Below, one piece after another: positions 58,875 through 64,000 of a DNA stretch of 64,000 nt (position 1 is its first letter; the number at the start of each line of letters is the position of its first letter). The position numbers and the translations under genes were made by a program. The notes under the pieces were generated by a model. The model had not been told where the DNA came from. It ran no database searches and saw only the letters and a list, made by a program, of their open reading frames with translations. The stretch is taken from positions 128,001-192,000 of the IMG/VR virus record IMGVR_UViG_3300028591_000072; one strand, 5' to 3'. The stretch is from a virus. Lineage: Duplodnaviria > Caudoviricetes.

Positions 58875-59698
58875 AAAAGAGACTTGTGTTTTTTGTTTAT
58901 GTCGATTGTGCTTATAGGGATTGTTTGATATATGACATACATTTTGCAAATTTATCAAAGTATTATAAGATTTTTGATGCGGCTACAATCTATTTTTCAT
59001 TAAAAGAAATTAATGAAGATAACATGGATATTGTTCGCTATCTTGCAAAAAAAATAATTGATTGTGGGTTTATTAATGATGTTGAAATTAAAATAAGAAA
59101 AAACACTGAAATTCGTGAAGTTGATTGCTTTAAAGAAGAAGTTATTTCAAGGATAGAGAACAACGTTCCTGAACTTGTTTTTTTTACACATACAAAGGGC
59201 ATTTCAAATGTACTAAATGAAAGCCTTTTTAAGTGGATATGTGGAATGTATTATTTTAATTTGAATTTTATTGATGAGGTAAATTGCTTTCTTGTAAGCA
59301 AGCCAATTTATGATACGGCACATAGAAGCGGAATTTTTTATGGATTCCCTTGCCTGGTTAGTAACATTAAGAATTATATAACTAGTCAAGTTTTTTATCC
59401 GGGAACTATATATTGGGTCAATTGTTCAAAGGCTGCTCAATATAATAGATATTTTGAAATAGAGCCGAAAAATAAATATATATATAGCACTAGGTGCTTT
59501 GCTGAAGAGTTTCCTGGCGATTATTTTATGGGCGTTGTTTGCCAAAGTCATTTTATGCAAAATAAAGAGGAATTTTCTTTATATGAAGATTTTGATAAGC
59601 AAATGGAATCAATTTATTCGAATAATTCGTATGCTGATAAAGAAGGGTTTGATTCGTATTGCAATGAAATAAAAGATATCGTATCTTTATATTTTTAA
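58871..59698 (+). CDS. HTKG-family paralog, putative glycosyltransferase-like
   Basis: HTKGISN, YPGTIYWVN, AEEFPG. Confidence 0.55.
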   Translation: MKKRLVFFVYVDCAYRDCLIYDIHFANLSKYYKIFDAATIYFSLKEINEDNMDIVRYLAKKIIDCGFINDVEIKIRKNTEIREVDCFKEEVISRIENNVPELVFFTHTKGISNVLNESLFKWICGMYYFNLNFIDEVNCFLVSKPIYDTAHRSGIFYGFPCLVSNIKNYITSQVFYPGTIYWVNCSKAAQYNRYFEIEPKNKYIYSTRCFAEEFPGDYFMGVVCQSHFMQNKEEFSLYEDFDKQMESIYSNNSYADKEGFDSYCNEIKDIVSLYF

Positions 59699-59709
59699 CG
59701 TTAATAAAT

Positions 59710-60951
59710 ATGATTAATATTTTAAAAGCAATTATTTTTGATGAATTAAAGGAAGAACATCTTGAAATGTATAATGATGTTCTGTCAGATGTTTATTTTG
59801 AAAACAGTGAAAGAGGGTTTGATTTGGTTGTAAGCGATGGAAATGAGAGTATTAATGACTTGTTATATAACAATAAAAATTTTGATTGTTTGATAACAAT
59901 AGGTAATACTGATACCTCATATTATAATGAGCTTATGCACTACGGGTTTGACATTAGGAAAAAGTGGGTAAACATTCCTGAATTTGATGCCAACAAAATG
60001 GCTAAAATAATAATTGATACATTTTATACCAATTTAAATAGGGAACGTGGAAGTGAAAATAAGCTGTTTTCATTTTTTACGTGTACATTTAATACTAGCA
60101 ACGATGAACTTACGAGGCTATATAATTCGTTTGTAAATCAAACATATACTGAATGGAATTGGTATATACTTGATGATAGTACAAATGATAGTGTAATTGA
60201 ATTTATAAAATCATTGAAAGATTATAGGATTACAATTATTAAAAATGTTACTGACCATGGAAGTATTGGATTTAATAAAAGAACAATAGCAATGATGTGT
60301 GATGGCGATTATTTGGTTGAGGTTGACCATGATGATGAATTGACTCCTGATTGCCTTTATTATCTGAAAACTGCATTTAATATGTATCCTGATACTGATT
60401 TTGTTTATTCTGACGCTGTTGAGGATATTGAGGGTGAATCTTGTATATATGGAGATGGATGGGGATGGGGGGAAGGGACTCATAGAGATGAGGTTGTAAA
60501 TGGAAAAAGCATAAAATTGTCAGTGAGTCCTGAGATAAATCCGTTCTCAATAAGAACAATTTTTGCCCAGCCAAATCATGTTAGGTGCTGGAAAAAGTCG
60601 TTTTACCATAAAATAGATGGCCATAACGTGTCTTTTGGTGTTTTGGATGATATGGAAATACTTATACGCACTTTTTTATACGGAAAAATGACAAAGGTTG
60701 ATAAGGTACTTTATATACAGTATGAAAAGAGAAATAGAATGGGGGGAAACGGAACTGCACAAGCAAGAAGGTTTGGCGAAATACAAAGAACATGCTGGCT
60801 TTTAAAAGAATATTATGACAAAAAGGTACATGATAGAATAATAGAACTTGGATATTTTGATAATGCTTGGGACTATAATTCCGGATGCTCTATATTATGG
60901 AAGAATCATAAGCCTGGATGTGAAATAATGAGCCATTTACTAAAGCCTTGA
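59710..60951 (+). CDS. Family 2 glycosyltransferase
   Basis: NQTY.EW..YILDDS, VDHDD (DxD), FVYSD, DD.E. Confidence 0.85.
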   Translation: MINILKAIIFDELKEEHLEMYNDVLSDVYFENSERGFDLVVSDGNESINDLLYNNKNFDCLITIGNTDTSYYNELMHYGFDIRKKWVNIPEFDANKMAKIIIDTFYTNLNRERGSENKLFSFFTCTFNTSNDELTRLYNSFVNQTYTEWNWYILDDSTNDSVIEFIKSLKDYRITIIKNVTDHGSIGFNKRTIAMMCDGDYLVEVDHDDELTPDCLYYLKTAFNMYPDTDFVYSDAVEDIEGESCIYGDGWGWGEGTHRDEVVNGKSIKLSVSPEINPFSIRTIFAQPNHVRCWKKSFYHKIDGHNVSFGVLDDMEILIRTFLYGKMTKVDKVLYIQYEKRNRMGGNGTAQARRFGEIQRTCWLLKEYYDKKVHDRIIELGYFDNAWDYNSGCSILWKNHKPGCEIMSHLLKP

Positions 60952-60980
60952 AAAACGCTTTATAATACAATATACTAACA

Positions 60981-61010
60981 AAAATGGGCGGTTTTTTGCC
61001 GCCCATTATT
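60981..61010. terminator. Terminator between convergent glycosyltransferase genes
   Basis: AATGGGCGG-tttttg-CCGCCCATT-type hairpin. Confidence 0.7.
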
Positions 61011-61011
61011 G

Positions 61012-62370
61012 TTATTTTACAATAAATATTTTATTTTTTGTTTTTCTGAAATCCTCGTAAATTCCTTTAAATGCATTTGAAAATAGTTGTTGTTCTGAAT
61101 CTATAATCAATGTTTTAATAAACGAAGTTTCTTTTGAAATTACTTCATCAATTGATTTTGCTTTTTTGCAAAAACTTGGGATATATGATTTGTCGTTGTT
61201 TGCTATTACAAATATATTATTAAAATATCTGTTTGCATAATATATTAACGATGCATTAAAATTATTTGATTTAATGATTATGTTTGTATGTTGCATAAAT
61301 TCTTTTAATTCTGAAGCAATTTTAAAGTTTTCATTCGTTGAATTGTCAAGTTCATATAACAATTCTGATGTTTCAATATAATCTTTTGGAAAATTATATT
61401 CAAGTTCTTTTTTGTATAGTTTTTTATATATTTTTTTTAAATATGGTTTGAATATGTTATTATCTCTGTTTTTTTTGAAAAAATCAAGAATTAAATATTC
61501 TGCTGTGTCGTTTTCTTTTTTTACTTTAGTGATGTCATAAAGAAGTTTAACCTTTAGTGGGTCTTTTGTTGCAAGAGGGTCATTTATCATTGTCATTGCA
61601 AAAAATTCATAATCAGTAAGCCTTCCAATTGAGAAATTATGGACACGATAATCAAATGATGAACTAATTCTATTGTATGAAAATGTATTTGATAATATTT
61701 TTTTACACAAAGGAATGTCATCCCATAATAATGTGTAATAAAAATAATTAAAATAGTCACAATCAACATTTTGCAAATTATTGTCTTCTAATAATGATTT
61801 TAGGAATATTTCTTTATATTTCCAATATTGTGCTTTTGCTCCACCATGTTTTTTGTGCAATATTCTTCCGTTTTTAAAAGTCGTTTCACTTGGATGCTTT
61901 TCAAGAATATGTATGCTTTCATGAACTGGATTTAGCCAAAACGGATTTGCACTTTTTCTTATTATACTTCTACTGTCATAGCATAAAGTGTTTATTTCGT
62001 TTCCGTTTTCATCAAAGTTTGTTAGTGGTACATATATTTTTGTAAAATTAAAGAAATTGTTTTCTTTGTAATATTTTATTTCGTTTTGCAGTGTTTCTTC
62101 AAAAACTTCATCTGCATCGGTGGTTAATACATAGTCACATGTTGTTTTTTCAAGTGAAAAGTTTCTTGCTTTTGAGAAATCATCACACCATTCAAAATCA
62201 TATAATTTTATTTTTGGATTATTTAAATGTTTTATGATTTCTTTTGTCTTATCTGTTGAACCTGTGTCTGTAATAATTATTTCATCTGAAAATGAAATAA
62301 TGGAATCAATACATCTTTTTATTACTGATTCTTCGTTTTTAACTATTAAATATGTGCTTAATGTTTTCAT
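61012..62370 (-). CDS. Family 2 glycosyltransferase
   Basis: IVKNEE, DTGSTD, DFSKARN, DADE, VHE. Confidence 0.88.
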   Translation of the reverse strand: MKTLSTYLIVKNEESVIKRCIDSIISFSDEIIITDTGSTDKTKEIIKHLNNPKIKLYDFEWCDDFSKARNFSLEKTTCDYVLTTDADEVFEETLQNEIKYYKENNFFNFTKIYVPLTNFDENGNEINTLCYDSRSIIRKSANPFWLNPVHESIHILEKHPSETTFKNGRILHKKHGGAKAQYWKYKEIFLKSLLEDNNLQNVDCDYFNYFYYTLLWDDIPLCKKILSNTFSYNRISSSFDYRVHNFSIGRLTDYEFFAMTMINDPLATKDPLKVKLLYDITKVKKENDTAEYLILDFFKKNRDNNIFKPYLKKIYKKLYKKELEYNFPKDYIETSELLYELDNSTNENFKIASELKEFMQHTNIIIKSNNFNASLIYYANRYFNNIFVIANNDKSYIPSFCKKAKSIDEVISKETSFIKTLIIDSEQQLFSNAFKGIYEDFRKTKNKIFIVK

Positions 62371-63173
62371 TTTAAATCTTCTCTATAATTATAATATTGT
62401 CTTTCATATTCGTCATGAACTTCTGTTAAAGCCATTTTTATCATTAAAGGATTTTTTATTTTTTTTGTAAAGAATATTGTTGATAGCCTTTCTGACAAAA
62501 ATGCCTCAATTCTTGCTTGGTAGTCTATTGATGCGTTTTGGCCTGCTTCACAAGTTATGTATTTTTCTTTATTTTCTATTACGTGATTTTTTATGTCATT
62601 ATCTGAATCAAAGCCTCTTATTTTGTCGAATTTATCTAATACGCCAAATACAAATTCACACCATTCATTAAATGTTTCCTTTTTTAGAATAAAAAGATTA
62701 CATGGATAAAATTTGTTGAACACCATTGTATCCATTGCCGCTTCAAAAAATTCAGGATAGTATCTTGCAATTATTTCCATTACGGTAACTATGTCTTTTT
62801 TTGTGTGGCAGCACATATAGTTTCCATATACGCTTGGCCAACCAAGGTCGAATATTGGTAAAATTGCATCATGCTCTTTAAATATTTCATCCATGTTTGG
62901 TATATCGTTCCAAAAGTCAAAGTACCTTCTATAATGCGCAGTTCCAACATAGTCTTTTAATGGGTAATTTTTCCAAATATAATGTATTCTGGCTAGTTCG
63001 CTGTATCCATGTTCTTTTTTGAATATTTTGTCTTTTGAAGTGTCGCAAACTATGTGTTCTAAATTTGAATGTGCGTCAAAATCTTCAATTGAGACAATTT
63101 TGTAACATTGGTTTTTTGGTTTTTTTTCAAAATCACGATGTGTGATTACAAATATGTCTAAATTTTCGTTCAT
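62367..63173 (-). CDS. DUF4422-type glycosyltransferase
   Basis: YSEL...YIWKN, DYVGTAHYRRYF, NLFI.KK..F.E.CE..F..L, R..AFLSERL. Confidence 0.75.
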   Translation of the reverse strand: MNENLDIFVITHRDFEKKPKNQCYKIVSIEDFDAHSNLEHIVCDTSKDKIFKKEHGYSELARIHYIWKNYPLKDYVGTAHYRRYFDFWNDIPNMDEIFKEHDAILPIFDLGWPSVYGNYMCCHTKKDIVTVMEIIARYYPEFFEAAMDTMVFNKFYPCNLFILKKETFNEWCEFVFGVLDKFDKIRGFDSDNDIKNHVIENKEKYITCEAGQNASIDYQARIEAFLSERLSTIFFTKKIKNPLMIKMALTEVHDEYERQYYNYREDLK

Positions 63174-63323
63174 TTTTTTTTAAAAAAAATATTATTTTAT
63201 TGAATATTTGTCAATTGTTTTTAAATAAAATTATTTTTTAAAAAGTTCTATTATTTGTTTTTGGTTTGATATTTATTGTTATATAATAATGCCTTCAATA
63301 AGGAGTAATACATATTCTATAAT

Positions 63324-64000
63324 ATGGGAAAACATAAAGTAATACTTAAAAAAAGCAATGTTCAGGATAAGATACCAAATGTAAGCGGTATGTCTTATGG
63401 AGAACTTTTTATAAACTATGCTTCTGGTGATGGTAAATCGTTTATTGCGTTAAGGAAACATGATGATACTGTTGCGCAATTTATGGAAAAGAAGTATGTT
63501 GATAATGAAATTGACGAATTAATTGATATAATAGAAGAGAATGAGTTTGTTGTTGCAGCTGGACTTACTGATTTGAACGAAAATGTTGAAGAATTAAATG
63601 AATCTGTTGTTACTGGCGCTGTTATGAGTAATTCTGAAACAACTCCATCTGTTACAAATAACGTTTTAACAATTCCAGCTGTTAATGGCCCTCAGGGTTA
63701 TCAGGGGCCAATTGGTTCTCAAGGAAATCAAGGCAGACAGGGCTATCAAGGTCAGACAGGCCCGCAGGGTAATCAAGGATATCAAGGTATGCAAGGCTAT
63801 CAGGGCCCTATAGGTCCACAAGGCAATCAAGGCTACCAAGGTATGCAAGGCTATCAAGGCCCGATAGGGCCACAAGGTAACCAAGGTAGGCAGGGTTATC
63901 AGGGATGGCAAGGCTATCAGGGCCCAATAGGCCCACAGGGTAACCAAGGCTATCAAGGTATGCAAGGCTATCAAGGGAAAACGGGCCCAGTATTTAATGT
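63324..64000 (+). CDS. Collagen-like tail fibre protein (runs off window)
   Basis: Not in the ORF track because no stop is reached. MGKHKVILKKS...YGELFINY N-terminus, then G-X-Y triplets from 63687. Confidence 0.8.
   Translation, partial: MGKHKVILKKSNVQDKIPNVSGMSYGELFINYASGDGKSFIALRKHDDTVAQFMEKKYVDNEIDELIDIIEENEFVVAAGLTDLNENVEELNESVVTGAVMSNSETTPSVTNNVLTIPAVNGPQGYQGPIGSQGNQGRQGYQGQTGPQGNQGYQGMQGYQGPIGPQGNQGYQGMQGYQGPIGPQGNQGRQGYQGWQGYQGPIGPQGNQGYQGMQGYQGKTGPVFN
63687..63992 (+). repeat. Collagen G-X-Y repeat (GYQ/GPQ/GNQ/GMQ/GPI units)
   Basis: About 34 consecutive Gly-X-Y triplets. Confidence 0.9.

Noticed and set aside
63666-63974. Minus-strand hydrophobic repeat ORF, and other short antisense ORFs across the window
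   Set aside because: These are shadows of the real genes on the opposite strand, here the collagen repeat.
1-64000. Stop-codon reassignment (TAG to Gln, as in Lak phages)
   Set aside because: Long genes are intact under the standard code and coding density is high. TAG ends the peptidase gene at a plausible C-terminus.
1-64000. tRNA or rRNA genes
   Set aside because: Intergenic gaps are short and AT-rich, and no cloverleaf or T-loop signature was noticed.

Overview
This window is an AT-rich, densely coding segment of a large myovirus-type (jumbo) phage. It uses the standard genetic code. The host is probably an anaerobic Bacteroidota, judging from the class III RNR, a lipoprotein, SD-less AT-rich starts and TTTG-N19-TATATT promoters. 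It carries tail genes (neck, sheath, tube, chaperone, tape measure, baseplate and hub), replication genes (PolB, SNF2 helicase, SSB, tdk, RecA-like, PhoH, 5'-3' exonuclease, DnaB-like helicase, nrdD with a LAGLIDADG intein, nrdG), two glycan-modification clusters, four Zn-repeat homing-type nucleases and a truncated collagen-like fibre gene. The most notable observation is the DNA polymerase B, which is broken just after motif C by a free-standing nuclease gene. Both broken ends carry intein (Hint)-like fragments that lack the splicing residues, suggesting a dead split intein reused as a non-covalent clasp for a two-subunit polymerase. Other highlights are modular Zn-repeat nucleases with hypervariable positions, a candidate replication origin near 16.2-16.3 kb, a +1/-2 frameshift candidate before the tape measure gene, two promoter classes and apparent GATC avoidance. 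All calls come from reading motifs by eye; no searches were run.
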